Shown one piece after another: positions 22,620 through 42,130 of a stretch of 50,438 nucleotides of DNA. Where the stretch lies: positions 271,976 through 322,413 of the forward strand of contig NIVC01001548.1 of assembly GCA_002269645.1 (NCBI GenBank), read 5' to 3'. The notes below the pieces were generated by a model that was given only the letters and a program-made list of their open reading frames with translations, searched no databases and was not told the DNA's origin. A program made the position numbers and the translations under genes. Within the stretch, counting starts at the first letter, position 1. Every line of letters begins with the position of its first letter. The DNA comes from Macrostomum lignano (taxonomy: Eukaryota).

Positions 22620-24868
22620 TCACACGAAACCATCCAACTTTGAGTAAATCTTCAATCGTTCAACCGAAGCTTGAACAGACTGTTTCAACTGGGATCCCTC
22701 CGGGTGCACATCCGGGCACAGGCAGGTGAGCACAGACTCAGCCCAGGCAGCAGGAGTGAGCAGGCAGCCGCTGAACAGGCGACAGACCTTTGCCAGGCAC
22801 AACGGGCACAGCTCCAGAGGCTGGGTGAGCGCGGCCGCCATGGACTCGCTGCCGTTCATGTTGCAGGCGAAGCAGCAGCAGTGGTCCAGGCCCAGCAGGT
22901 GGCCCAGCTCGTGGCTCAGCACCTTGCGCACCCGCCAGTCGGCGCTGGTCAGCGGGTTGCCGCCGGCTCCGTCCGATTCTCCGTCGTCAAGGACGCCATC
23001 GTTGATAGGCGCCGAGGAGCCTCGGCCGAAGCACACCACCGCCGCTTTGTGCATCGCCGATGACTGGCCGAGAATGAAGGCGCCGTTCTGTCCAGGCCCC
23101 AGCATGTCCGGCCCGGGGTACAGGTCCGTGTGGCACACGCCCACCTGGACTGAGGCACCGGTTGCTGCGGTGGCGGTAGGGTGATGCAGCAGCAGGCAGC
23201 GGAGCAACGAGCCCGCTTCGAAGCGAATGGAGCCTTTGATCTCCTGGGTAAGAAGCGGTGCTTGGGGAATTTAATTTGTGTGAGCAGCTCGGGATCTGCG
23301 AGGCTGGCCCAGCAACTGAGGATCTGGGAGGCTGGCCCAGCAACTGAGGATCTGCGAGGCTGGCCCAGCTACTGAGGATCTGCGAGGCTGGCCCAGCAAC
23401 TGAGGATCTGCGAGGCTGGCTGAGCAACTGAGGATCTGGGAGGCTGTGGCCCAGCAACTGAGGATCTGCGAGGCTGGCCCAGCAACTAAGGATCTGCGAG
23501 GCTGGCCTAGCAACTGAGTATCTGGAAGGCTGGCCCAGCAACTGGGGATCTGGGAGGCTGGCCCAGCAACTGAGGATCTGGGAGGCTGGCCCAGCAACTG
23601 GGGATCTGCGAGGCTGGCCTAGCAACTGAGGATCTGGGAGGCTGGCCCAGCAACTGACACTCTGGGAGGCTTGCCCAGCAACTGAGGATCTGGGAGACTG
23701 GCCAAGCAACTGAGGATCTGGGAGGCTTGCCCAGCAACTGAGGATCTGGGAGGCTTGCCCAGCAACTGAGGATCCGGGAGGCTTGCCTAGCAGCTGAGGA
23801 TCTGGTAATCAAGCAGACACAACCGCACCCTGCGAACAACATCGTCCCGCGCAGCAAGAAAGCCGCACTCGGGCTGCAGCTGCAGGTCCAGGCAGGGAAA
23901 ATAGGCCCTCAGGTAGGGCATGGCGTCCCTCAGGGCGGCCGAGAGCCGAGGCGGCAGCGGCTCCAGCTGGCGAATCAGGACAACCCGCTTGGCGCCTGAC
24001 GAATCCGGGTTGAACCAGCTCAGCAGGTGGTTGAGCTGCATGCTCACCTGCGGGATTGATATTGATCAGAGAAATGGGGTGAGATTGATTAGAGAAATGG
24101 AGTGAGATTGATTAGAGAAATGGAGTGAGATTGATTAGATGGGAAAAGGGGTGAGATTAATTAAGAAATGGGGTGAGATTGATGGGAAATGGGGTGAGAT
24201 TGATTTGGGAAATGGGGTGAGATTGCAGAATGGAGTGAGATTGATTAGAGAAAAGGAGTGAGATTGATTAGAGAAATGGAGTGAGATTGATTAGATGGGA
24301 AAAGGGGTGAGATTAATTAAGAAATGGGGTGAGATTGATGGGAAATGGGGTGAGATTGATTGGGAAATGGGGTGAGATTGATTTGGAAATGGGTGAGATT
24401 GATTGGGAAATGGCATGAGATTAATTGGGAAATGGTGAGATTGATTTGGAAATGGGGTGAGATTGCAGAATGGAGTGAGATTGATTAGAGAAATGGAGTG
24501 AGATTGATTAGAAAAATGGGGTGGGATTGATTGGGAAATGGGGTGAGATTGATTGGGAAATGGGTATGATTGATAGTGTAATAGGGTGAGATTGATTGGA
24601 ACGTGAGATGAGATTGATAGGTTTGTCTCACCTTCCACCGACTGTAGGACTGCATTCTGCGCAGCTCAGCACTGGCTGGCTTCAGCTGCACAGCCAATGA
24701 GCTATCGGCAAGCAACCGCCTGAGTTCAGCCTCATCCTCAGGCTGATCTTCATTTGAGCTCCCAGCCGCCAACAGCCAGCGATGAAATCGGTGCGGCTCC
24801 AAACGCAGCAGGGACCGATTGGATCGATAAAAGCCGTCCCTGGGACAGCAACGGCCGCAGCTGGGCAT
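22620..24868 (-). CDS. AMZ2: Archaemetzincin (peptidase M54, AMZ2-like), 3 exons, ~359 aa
   Basis: Exons 24868-24632, 24047-23829 and 23243-22620, all phase 0. Motifs DLYP, FILGQS, HELGHLLGLDHC..C.MNGS (metzincin zinc motif plus Met-turn) and LELCPLCLAK. Start codon is inferred. Confidence 0.9.
23288..23805. repeat. 28-bp minisatellite GGCCCAGCAACTGAGGATCTGGGAGGCT in archaemetzincin intron 2
   Basis: Direct reading; the same family recurs at 40960-41335. Confidence 0.96.
24055..24620. repeat. ~23-bp purine-rich minisatellite GAGATTGATTAGAGAAATGGAGT in archaemetzincin intron 1
   Basis: Direct reading; variable unit length. Confidence 0.93.
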
Positions 24869-24984
24869 GCAATCAAATTCTGGCACTGAATTACCCGCGT
24901 TTTGATTTGCTGAAAAGCGACAGTTGACTAAATGGTTTGGTCTGACTGGCTGGGGCAACACTTAGCCACTACTGATCTGTCATC

Positions 24985-25570
24985 CTCTAGAACAACTCTG
25001 ATTGGCTAAGGCATTACTTCGCCACATTTACCCCTAGGACAACTCTGATTGGCTAAGGCATCACTTCGCCACATTTACCCCTAGGACAACTCTGATTGGC
25101 TAAGGCATCACTTCGCCACATTTACCCCTAGGACAACTCTGATTGGCTAAGGCATTACTTCGCCACATTTACCCCTAGGACAACTCTGATTGGCTAAGGC
25201 ATCACTTCGCCACATTTACCCCTAGGACAACTCTGATTGGCTAAGGCATTACTTCGCCACATTTACCCCTAGGACAACTCTGATTGGCTAAGGCATCACT
25301 TCGCCACATTTACCCCTAGGACAACTCTGATTGGCTAAGGCATCACTTCGCCACATTTACCCCTAGGACAACTCTGATTGGCTAAGGCATTACTTCGCCA
25401 CATTTACCCCTAGGACAACAATGATTGGCTAAGGCACCACTTCGCCACCTTTACCCCTAGGACAACTCTGATTGGCTAAGGCATCACTTCGCCACTTCTA
25501 CTCCTAGGACAACTCTGATTGACTAAGGCATCACTTCGCCACTTCTACCCCTAGGACAACTCTGATTTGA
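24985..25570. repeat. 47-bp tandem repeat (~12.5 copies), 11 of them carrying an intact CCAAT box
   Basis: ATTGG at 25001, 25048, 25095 ... 25471 at exact 47-bp spacing; reads TAGCCAATCAG on the minus strand. Confidence 0.96.
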
Positions 25571-26514
25571 CTTTAATTATCCAATGCCTACTGCTCAGTC
25601 TAACACTAGAAGACAGCTCTGACTTGCCGCGAGTGTCATAGTGGATGAAATTACTCAGTCACAAGGAGACGTAACGGTGTCAAATTATCGATGAAAACAT
25701 ATTAATTCGGGGGCACAATAAACGAATCAATCAAACTTTAAATCAAAGCCGTTTTACTGTAAGATTTTTATTTGCATTCAGTTTTGCTGTTTAAAAAATC
25801 TCAATAAATTAGTGATCTACTTAAAGTAGCAAGTGCAAGACAAGAAAATTTAATGAAAATTAACTAATGTCTTTCTAAGAAAACAGAAGTGACAGCGTAA
25901 AAAGGGATTAATATTTATTTACAAAGCTAGCGAAGGTGAGCCCAATAAGCAGAAGCAAAACAACAGAAAAGCATAATTTGACTCGGCTGAATTTGTCTAT
26001 CAAGCGATAACAATTTTTACAAGCACTCAGATTTGGAGTAGTTTAAGAGAAATAAGTAAATAAACAACAGCGGTTTAAAAGACTAGATATTCATTTGGTT
26101 ATTAAATAAAATATTACTCTATATTAGGTGCGCCCGGAATACAGCAGAGATAACAAAGGAAATATTTTGTTCATAAATAATACAAGCGGACACACATGCA
26201 TCAGAATAAGGGAACAGTAACAATAAGAAAAAGTTTGCATTGTTCTCAAAGGAAATTTATTCTCTCGCTTACAATCAAGCAGTGTTCGGGTTACTTAATT
26301 TATTAAAACTGCTGCATTTGTTCAACACGAATAAACAATAATTGCATTTTTAATTCATAGTTAATAGTCATAAATCAACTGTGCCGATTATAGGGGTTGT
26401 TAGCAAGTGTTGCAAATAGGTGCAGTGCAGAATCAAGTTGCACTTATACAGGTCACAGGGTGCGCCTTGTGCGACTGCGGAAAGCATTGTGTAGCTGGGT
26501 TGGTGAGGGGGCGG

Positions 26515-27230
26515 GCACAGACAGATACTAAGACAGGCACTAAGACAGACAGACAAAGACAGAAAGACAGGCAGCACAGCACAGAAAGACGGATACTAAG
26601 ACAGACAGACAGTCAGATGCAGACAGCACAGGACAGCACAGATAGACGGGCGGACAGACAGACAGACAAACAGACAGAAACAAAGACAGACAGGCAGACA
26701 GAAAGACAGACAAAGACGGACAGGCAGACATGCAGAGAGACAGACAGACAGACAGACATTCAGAGAGACAGACAGACAGACAGGCAGACAGAAAGACAGA
26801 CAAAGACGGACAGGCAGACATGCAGAGAGACAGACAGACAGACAGACAGACATTCAGAGAGACAGACAGACAGACAGGCAGACAGAGAGACAGACAAAGA
26901 CGGACAGGCAGACATGCAGAGAGACAGACAGACAGGCATTCAGAGAGACAGACATTCAGAGAGACAGACAGCACAGACAGACAGACAGACATTCAGAGAG
27001 ACAGACAGCACAGACAGACAGACAGACATTCAGAGAGACAGACAGCACAGACAGACAGACAGACATTCAGAGAGACAGACAGCACAGACAGACAGACAGA
27101 CATTCAGAGAGACAGACAGCACAGACAGACAGACAGACATTCAGAGAGACAGACAGCACAGACAGACAGACAGACATTCAGAGAGACAGACAGCACAGCA
27201 CAGACAGACAGACAGGCAGAGACAGACAGA
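26515..27230. repeat. Compound (ACAG)n/(AG)n microsatellite with higher-order ACATTCAGAGAGACAG units, intergenic
   Basis: Direct reading. Confidence 0.95.
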
Positions 27231-27470
27231 AAAAAAACTGTAGCCAGTTTAAAAGAGAATAAACAAAAGTTTGTACTAATTGAAACCAACAAAGCAGAGC
27301 AAAGCAGAGTAGAGTGCTCAGCCAGTAAGCGCTGCAGTGACATCATAAGAGAAAATCAATCATATAAAAATGAATCATTTTTACTGTCAAATTAGGCCAA
27401 GCCATGCTAGCCGTCTGTCCATAGTGAAGAAAGTTTTCCAATGGCCACTCACTAGGCAAGTACATTGTTG

Positions 27471-34121
<6,651 letters not shown>

Positions 34122-34689
34122 AAGCAAAAACAGAGTATTTTCTAGGAAAACACAATAACATCAGTTGCAACGCATCTTCAGTACGTCTTTTTTCCACAGC
34201 TTCTGTAAAAATAAATCTTTTTGGGCATAAAAACAAAGTACAAATAAGAGCGAACGCAACGATCAATCAGCAATATTAGTTATCAACTGGACAGGATAGA
34301 ACTGAGCCAAATGCTTGCGATTTTACAGAAAGCAGACACATAAGTAATATCAGATAGCTGGAGCTAGCTCAAGATATACACAACATTGGTCTGATTAAGT
34401 GCAGACAGACAAACCAAAGCTGATATACTTCGAGAAGCTGAATTATATATTTAAATGTTAAATCTTTAATGTGTTTGATTATTATAATTGTTCGATTAGC
34501 GGTTGTTTAGATCTGGATTAAAGACGGAAGTAGCAATTAAGGCACAAAAATACGGCTATAAAAATGCAAAATATTGTTGCCTAGAAAAAAGTACTTAATT
34601 TATTTTGAACTGATATAAATATATATTAATAGGAACACGTACAGTCGCTGTCAAAAATTTGCGACCTCATAAAGAACACTAATAAATGG

Positions 34690-34841
34690 ATAAACAGACA
34701 GACACAGATAGACACAAACGGATACGGTGCACGCAGACCGACGAATCAGAAAGACTCGCTAACAGAGACAGACAGACAGACAGACATACAAACAGACAGA
34801 CAGACAGACAGACAGACTGACAGACAGACACTAAGACAGAA

Positions 34842-34886
<45 letters not shown>

Positions 34887-34925
34887 TACAAACAGACAGA
34901 CAGACAGACAGACAGAGAGACAGAC

Positions 34926-35010
<85 letters not shown>

Positions 35011-35011
35011 A

Positions 35012-35088
<77 letters not shown>

Positions 35089-35089
35089 G
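34690..35089. repeat. (ACAG)n microsatellite starting immediately after the calpain stop codon
   Basis: Direct reading. Confidence 0.97.
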
Positions 35090-38000
35090 TTAATCAAGTG
35101 GCAGCACAGCGTGCAGGCAGCTGACCTCATCGGTCAGAGGCGGCACGTGCATCTGCATCCTGCTAATGTGGTGCGGATGCAGCGGCTGGTGTACAATCCG
35201 GTGATGCACAGAATACCGCTCCGAGCTCTCTAACTGGCTGAGCAGCATCACCACCTGGCGGTGCAGAGGCGGTATGATGTCGGTGGACTCGATGGCGCCA
35301 CGCGTGCTCACAACGTTCTCGGAGCCGTTGCACTCACACTTGACCAGCATGCACTGCCGGGGTCACGGTTGACCACCTGGCCAAAAAAGGGGGATTATCA
35401 ACGCCGATTGTTAACCATTATTGATCCACTTTACTAATAACTCGGTACTATGCAGCGCATACCAGAAATTATAGAGAAGACAATTTTCGCAATGCTTAAA
35501 AATTGATTGCAAATATAGAAATATCGATTCCAAACATGAAAATATCGATTACAAATATGGAAATATGCGTTACAAATATGGAAATATCGATTCTAAATAT
35601 GGAAGAATCGATTCCAAATATGGAAATATGGGTTACAAATATGGAAATGTCGATTCCAAATATAGAAATATCGATTTAAAATAAGGAACTATCGAATCCG
35701 AATAGGAAAATATCGATTCCACATATGGAAAATCGATTTTAAATAAGATCAATATCGATTCCAAATAAAATATTGATTAAAAATATGAAAATATCGATTC
35801 CAAACATGAAAATATCGATTACAAATATGGAAATATGCGTTACAAATATGGAAATATCGATTCTAAATATGGAAGAATCGATTCCAAATATGGAAATATG
35901 GGTTACAAATATGGAAATGTCGATTCCAAATATAGAAATATCGATTTAAAATAAGGAACTATCGAATCCGAATAGGAAAATATCGATTCCACATATGGAA
36001 AATCGATTTTAAATAAGATCAATATCGATTCCAAATAAAATATTGATTAAAAATATGAAAATATCGATTCCAAACATGAAAATATCGATTACAAATATGG
36101 AAATATGCGTTACAAATATGGAAATATCGATTCTAAATATGGAAGAATCGATTCCAAATATGGAAATATGGGTTACAAATATGGAAATGTCGATTCCAAA
36201 TATAGAAATATCGATTTAAAATAAGGAACTATCGAATCCGAATAGGAAAATATCGATTCCACATATGGAAAATCGATTTTAAATAAGATCAATATCGATT
36301 ACAAATAAAATATTGATTAAAAATATGAAAATATCGATTCCAAATACGGTAATATCGATTTCAAATTGGGGTAATATCGACTCCAAATACGTGAATATCG
36401 ATTCTAATTACAGTAATATCGATTCCAGAAACGGTAATATCGATTTTAAATATAGAGATATCGATTTCTTAGTATGCAAATATCGTAATCCAAATATGGA
36501 AATATCGATTTCGTGTTTGGAATCGATATTACCCTATTTAGAATCGATATTCCCATATTTGGAATCGATATTCCCATATTTGGAATCGATATTCCCATAT
36601 TTGGAATCGATATTCCCGTGTTAGGAATCGATATTCCCATATTTGGAATCGATATTCCCATATTTGGAATCGATATTCCCGTGTTAGGAATCGATATTAC
36701 CAAATATAAAAATATCGACTCCAAATATAGAAACACCTATCACAAATACTCGTAAAAGATCATTAGTCTCACCACGCAGATCAGGCCAGCCCAGCCGGTA
36801 GTAAGATAGTAGCTATCCACGCCGGGCCTCAGCTGGCACCTGGGCGCGCATTTCTCGGCCAGTTTGCAGACCAGCTCGGCAAGCCAGTGCTGAGATCCGC
36901 ACTGCATTTGCTCCAACAGCACCGGCTGTTGTGAGCTGTGCACAGCCAGGTTCAGCTTCACTGGCTTGTCCAGAGTCCACTTATTGAATGACAGACAGGC
37001 CACGGTGTACACGCCGGGATCCAGCACGGCTGACAGCATAATGAAGTTGCGCACATATCGCTGGGTCTGGTGGATAATCCGGCCGGGTCTCAGGTCATTG
37101 TCGCCCTGACAGACAACCAGACAGAGGTCGCCAAGCACGATGGAATCGCTGTACCGGTTACACGGCTGCGGGCATGCGGCGCGTGCGATTGAGTGGTGGA
37201 GACGGAATGGAATCTAATGGAAAACATTTTATCTAGATAGATATATAATTGTATATGGATAGATCTATAATTTCATCTAGATAGATCTATAATTGCATCC
37301 AGACAGATCTAATTTGAATCTAGATGGATCTAATTTGAATCTAGATAGATCTATAATTGTCTCTATATGGATCTAATTTGAATCCAGACAGATCTAATTT
37401 GCATCTAGATAGATCTAATTCGCATCTAAATAGATCTAATTCGCATCTAGATAGATCTAATTTGCATCTAGATAGATCTAATTAGAATCTAGATACATCT
37501 AAGTTGCATCTAGACAGATCTAATTAGAATCTAGATACATCTAAGTTGCATCTATATAGATCTAATTTGCATCTAGATAGATCTAATTTGCATCTAGATA
37601 GATCTAATTTGCATCTAGATAGATCTAATTTGCATCTAGATAGATCTAATTCGCATCTAGATAGATCTAATTTGCATCTAGATAGATCTAATTCGCATCT
37701 AGATAGATCTAATTTGCATCTAGATAGATCTAATTCGCATCTAGATAGATCTAATTTGCATCTAGATAGATCTAATTAGAATCTAGATACATCTAAGTTG
37801 CATCTAGATAGATCTAATTTGCATCGCACAATCAGTGCAAGCAGCAGCACCCACCTGGTACAGCACCAGATCCAGAGCAGTCCGCTCCAGCACAGTCATA
37901 GCGAACACCTCCAGTGGCTCCTTCGGTTTCAGCAGGCAGGACAGTCGAACTTCGTGAACCTCTGACTCGTTCAGCGGGCAGTGCGCAATGTCTACCGAGT

Positions 38001-41000
38001 CGAAATAGGCCAACAGATCATCAAATCCGATCCAGAACAGGCCGCTATCCTGTTGATGGTCGCCGCTGCTCAGCACATCCGTGAGCTCCTGCCGGTACTG
38101 AGGCTCCAGCTCTGCCCAGCTGGCACGGTGGCCCGGGCTGAACCGGCCGCGCCATTCGCCACGGCCCCACGGGTTGCGGAGCAGCAGCAGCTGGTGGGGG
38201 CCGGCAGACCGCACCTGTTGGGAGGGTAAGACGCACATCTTAAGGCTAATCCTTATCACAAGGCACATTAGTGAATAAAAGCGTCCACTAGGAAATCTCA
38301 AAGGTATTTAAAGAGTAAAAGTGCACAATGGGGAATAAGAAGTAAAAAAGTGCACAGTGGGGAATCCCAAGAGTAAAAGTGCACAGTGGGGAATCCTAAG
38401 AGTAAAAGTGCACACTGCGGAATCCTAAGAGTAAAAGTTCAGTGGGGAATCCCATGAGTAGAAGTGCACACTGGGGAATCCCAAGTGTAAATGTGCACAT
38501 TGGGAATTCTCAAGAGTAAAAGTGCACAGTGGGGAATCCCAAGAGTAAAAGTGCTCAGTGGGGAATCCCAAGAGTAAAAGTGCACACTGGGGAATCACAA
38601 GAGTAAAAGTTCAGTGGGGAATCCGAGAGTAAAAGTGCATACTGTGGAATCCCGAGAGTAAAAGTGCATACTGGGGAATCCCGAGAGTAAAAGTGCATAC
38701 TGGGGAATCCCGAGAGTAAAAGTGCATACACGAACCTGCAGCACGGAGTAGGCATGCCTCGGATACAATCCCAGGGCTTGATAAGCTTCATCTGGCAGAG
38801 TCATCCGACCGGCGCCGCAACTCGCGCCAATGAGGCAGCCGCGCTCGGCGCCGCTGAGCAGTTTGGCCCAGATCAGCTCGCGCTCCTCCTGGTTGGACTG
38901 CACGGCGTCAGACTGCAGCTCGTAGGACTCGCAGGGGGCGCCAGTGAGAATTGCCAGGCCTTCCAGGCTGCGGCCGGAGGTCAGGGCGGCGTAGGAGCCG
39001 AACTCCTTCGCCAGGGCCTGGGGGGTTAGCGAGATATAGGGGAATATTTTGGAATCTCCTTGAATTTTGGGATCAACAGGAAAGAATTCCTAGATTGAGA
39101 TGCTTAGAATTTAAAACGAGATTGGCAAGACATTTTGGAAACAATAGGAATTTAGGGAATCAAAGTCGGAATCAGAGTTGGAATTGGGAATCAGAGAATG
39201 GGTATTGGATATCACAGAATGAGTATTTGGGGATCACAGAATGGGTATTTGGGGATCACAGAATGGGTAGTTGGGGATCACAGAATGGGTATTTGGGGAT
39301 CACAGAATGGGTAGTTGGGGATCACAGAATGGGTAGTTGGGGATCACAGAATGGGTATTTGGGGATCACAGAATGGGTATTTGGGGATCACAGAATGGGT
39401 ATTTGGGGATCACAGAATGGGTATTTGGGGATCACAGAATGGGTATTTGGGGATCACAGAATGGGTATTTGGGGATCACAGAATGGGTATTTGGGGATCA
39501 CAGAATGGGTAGTATAAAATCGCAATCACAAGTGCCAATTAATTACCTTTTCCACCAAGGCCACCCAGAGCTGCGCGCCTCTGCAATGCGAGTACACCAA
39601 AGTGCGGGTGTCTGCCCGGCAGGGGAAGAAGCCATCAATGTACACAGTTTTCCAGAGCCCGGCAACGCACAGCTGTACAGCGTACACGCCCTCTGGATTT
39701 ACCTAGCAGAATGCAAATTTAAATGAAATTTCAGCATCCTGTTTTTGCCAGTGATTATATTTGATATTGCACGAAAAGGATGTGTCTTATCTTATTTAAC
39801 TGTTTTGCGTGTGCTAAGATACCAAGACAATATTCATAACTTCATACCACAGCAATAATAATGTAGCTATAAGTAAACTTTTAATCTTTACAGATTTCAA
39901 TTCGCTTTCATCCATCTCTTTTATTCTCAATAGATTCTCTTTAATGTACCTCTCTCCCCAAACCCACTTATCTCCCCAAACCTGCTTCTCTCCAAACCTA
40001 CTTCTCTCCCCAAACCTACTTCTCTCCCCAAACCTACTTCTCTCCCCAAACCTACTTCTCTCCCTGAACCTACTTCTCTCCCCAAACCTACTTCTCTCCC
40101 CAAACCTACTTCTCTCCCCAAACCTGCTTCTCTCCAAACCTACTTCTCTCCCCAAACCTACTTCTCTCCCTAAACCTACTTCTCTTTCCAAACCTACTTC
40201 TCTCCCCAAACCTACTTCTCTCCCCAAACCTGCTTCTCTCCAAACCTGCTTCTCTCCAAACCTACTTCTCTCCCCAAACCTACTTCTCTCCCCAAACCTA
40301 CTTCTCTCCCTGAACCTACTTCTCTTTCCAAACCTACTTCTCTCCCCAAACCTACTTCTCTCCCCAAACCTACTTCTCTCCCCAAACCTACTTCTCTTCC
40401 CGAACCTACTTCTCTTTCTAAACCTACTTCTCTCATCAACCTACATGTCCGCTGAAATCTGCCTCCAAAACCTAGCCTCACAACCTTTTTAACCCCTAAC
40501 ATTGACTACCTCTTCTACCCCGATCTCGCCCCCTCCCTGAACCCAGTCGCAAACCTCTCTAGTCAGGAGGATCCTCCTCAGCATGGAGCGCCTCTCGGCC
40601 ACCACAGCCAGAGCGGACAGCAGCCAGCAGTCGCCCAGATACCCCTGCCTGATGTCTGCAGCGGACGCCGTCGCTCGTTCGTCAACAACGATCCAACCGG
40701 TCCCGTGAGTGACCGGGCCCGCCTCCGGTCTGTCCGCCTCTTGACTCATCGCCGCTCCGTTGGTCCTGCCGGTGAAGAAGTTCATCATCTCGTCGACTAA
40801 GTTGAGCTTAGCTGGCGAGCGGAGCTGGGGGAACTGGCAGGGCTGGGAGCGCCAGGCTGGCAGATCCTCGTGCTGTATCTCCTCCAGGCGGCACCAGCGA
40901 ATGCCGCAAGGCAACTGCCTGCGGGCGGTTGTGTGCGATGACTGGGGAGTTAATGAGGGCGGCCCAGCAACTGAGGATCTGGGAGGCTGGCCTAGCAACT

Positions 41001-41710
41001 GAGGATCTGGGAGGCTGGCCCAGCAACTGAGGATCTGGGAGGCTGGCCCAGCAACTGAGGATGTGGGAGGCTGACCCAGCTACTGAGGATCTGGGAGGCT
41101 GGTGGCCCAGCAACTGGGGATCTGGGAGGCTGACCCAGCAACTGGGGTTCTGGAAGGCTGCCCCAGCAAATGAGGATCTGGGAGGCTGGCCCAGCAACTT
41201 AGGATCTGGGTGGCCCAGCAACTGAGGATCTGGGTGGCCCAGCAACTGAGGATCTGGGTGGCCCAGCAACTGAGGATCTGGGTGGCCCAGCAACTGAGGA
41301 TCTGGGAGGCTGGCCCAGCAACTGAGGACCTGGCTGGATCGCAGGCCACGCAGTCAGGAGACCTACCCGCCATCCGGCTGGTCCTCCTCCGCAACCCTCC
41401 GCCGATGCCGACCGCCCAGTCCGTACAGCGCCCTGTCGCCAGGCGGGAACTCATCGTCAACAAAGACCTCACCGGCGCTGCGACAAAGAGCGCGCAATTC
41501 ATCGACGCGTTCCCTGGCGCGCAGCTCCGCTTCACGCTGCACATCGGCCGAGGCGAGGCTGGCCTGCCGGCCGGGATGAGCGACAGCCGATGTTGCTGAG
41601 CCCGAGGACTTGGGAGCATCACAGGCGGAGCAGACGGCATTTTCAGTCTGGTTGATGAGGGTGCATGCCGGGCAGGTCCAGGCAGAGGCTTTAGTCTTTG
41701 TTGATTCAGA
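35090..41710 (-). CDS. CAPN15: Calpain-15 / SOL (small optic lobes): RanBP2 zinc finger, CysPc protease, SOL homology domain; 7 exons seen, 5' end unresolved
   Basis: Exons 41710-41367, 40918-40555, 39702-39547, 39017-38736, 38214-37855, 37165-36773 and 35376-35090. Zn[13 protein letters not shown]. Catalytic triad motifs [14 protein letters not shown] and LRNPWG. SOH motifs NVVSTRG and PPLHRQV. 1-bp frameshift at 35359-35362. Confidence 0.92.
35490..36730. repeat. ~21-bp ATCGAT-containing minisatellite with three 270-bp higher-order copies and an internal inverted block, calpain intron 6
   Basis: ATATCGATTCCAAACATGAA at 35521, 35791 and 36061. Units read in the reverse orientation at ~36512-36699. 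Confidence 0.95.
37228..37825. repeat. 21-bp minisatellite ATCTAGATAGATCTAATTTGC, calpain intron 5
   Basis: Direct reading; each unit holds TCTAGA and AGATCT palindromes. Confidence 0.96.
38305..38730. repeat. ~29-bp minisatellite GAGTAAAAGTGCACACTGGGGAATCCCAA, calpain intron 4
   Basis: Direct reading. Confidence 0.94.
39190..39512. repeat. 22-bp minisatellite GAATGGGTATTTGGGGATCACA, calpain intron 3
   Basis: Direct reading. Confidence 0.95.
39945..40435. repeat. 18-bp minisatellite CCAAACCTACTTCTCTCC, calpain intron 2
   Basis: Direct reading. Confidence 0.96.
40960..41335. repeat. 28/24-bp minisatellite GGCCCAGCAACTGAGGATCTGGG(AGGCT/T), calpain intron 1
   Basis: Direct reading; same family as 23288-23805. 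Confidence 0.95.
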
Positions 41711-41854
41711 CTAAAATTGCGTTTTTTATATAACTATTATTAGCTTGAGCACTCGGTGCACTTTGGCAGATTAAACTGTAAGTAGATAAATTAGTGCAAT
41801 CTGATGGTAGATTGCGCAATAAGATCAGTTTCGTTTTGTAGCTAAGATGTAAAG

Positions 41855-42130
41855 GCTTGGGGAAGAAATTTTGAGATGTCAAGTCTTGGGGAATTGCTGA
41901 GATGTCAATTCTTGTGGGAATTGCTGATATGTCAATTCTGGGGGGAATTGCTGAGATGTCAATTCTTGAGGGGAATTGCTGAGATGTCAAGTCTGGGGGG
42001 AATTTCTGAGATTTCAATTCTTGAGGGGAATTGCTGAGATGTCAAGTCTGGGGGAATTTCTGAGATTTCAATTCTTGAGGGGAATGGCTGAGATGTCAAT
42101 TCTTGAGGGGAATTACTGAGATGTCAATTC
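41855..42130. repeat. 27-28-bp minisatellite GGGAATTGCTGAGATGTCAATTCTTGAG upstream of the first seen calpain exon
   Basis: AATT anchors at 41892, 41919, 41946, 41974, 42001, 42029, 42055, 42083 and 42111. Related units occur at 10290-10810. Confidence 0.9.
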
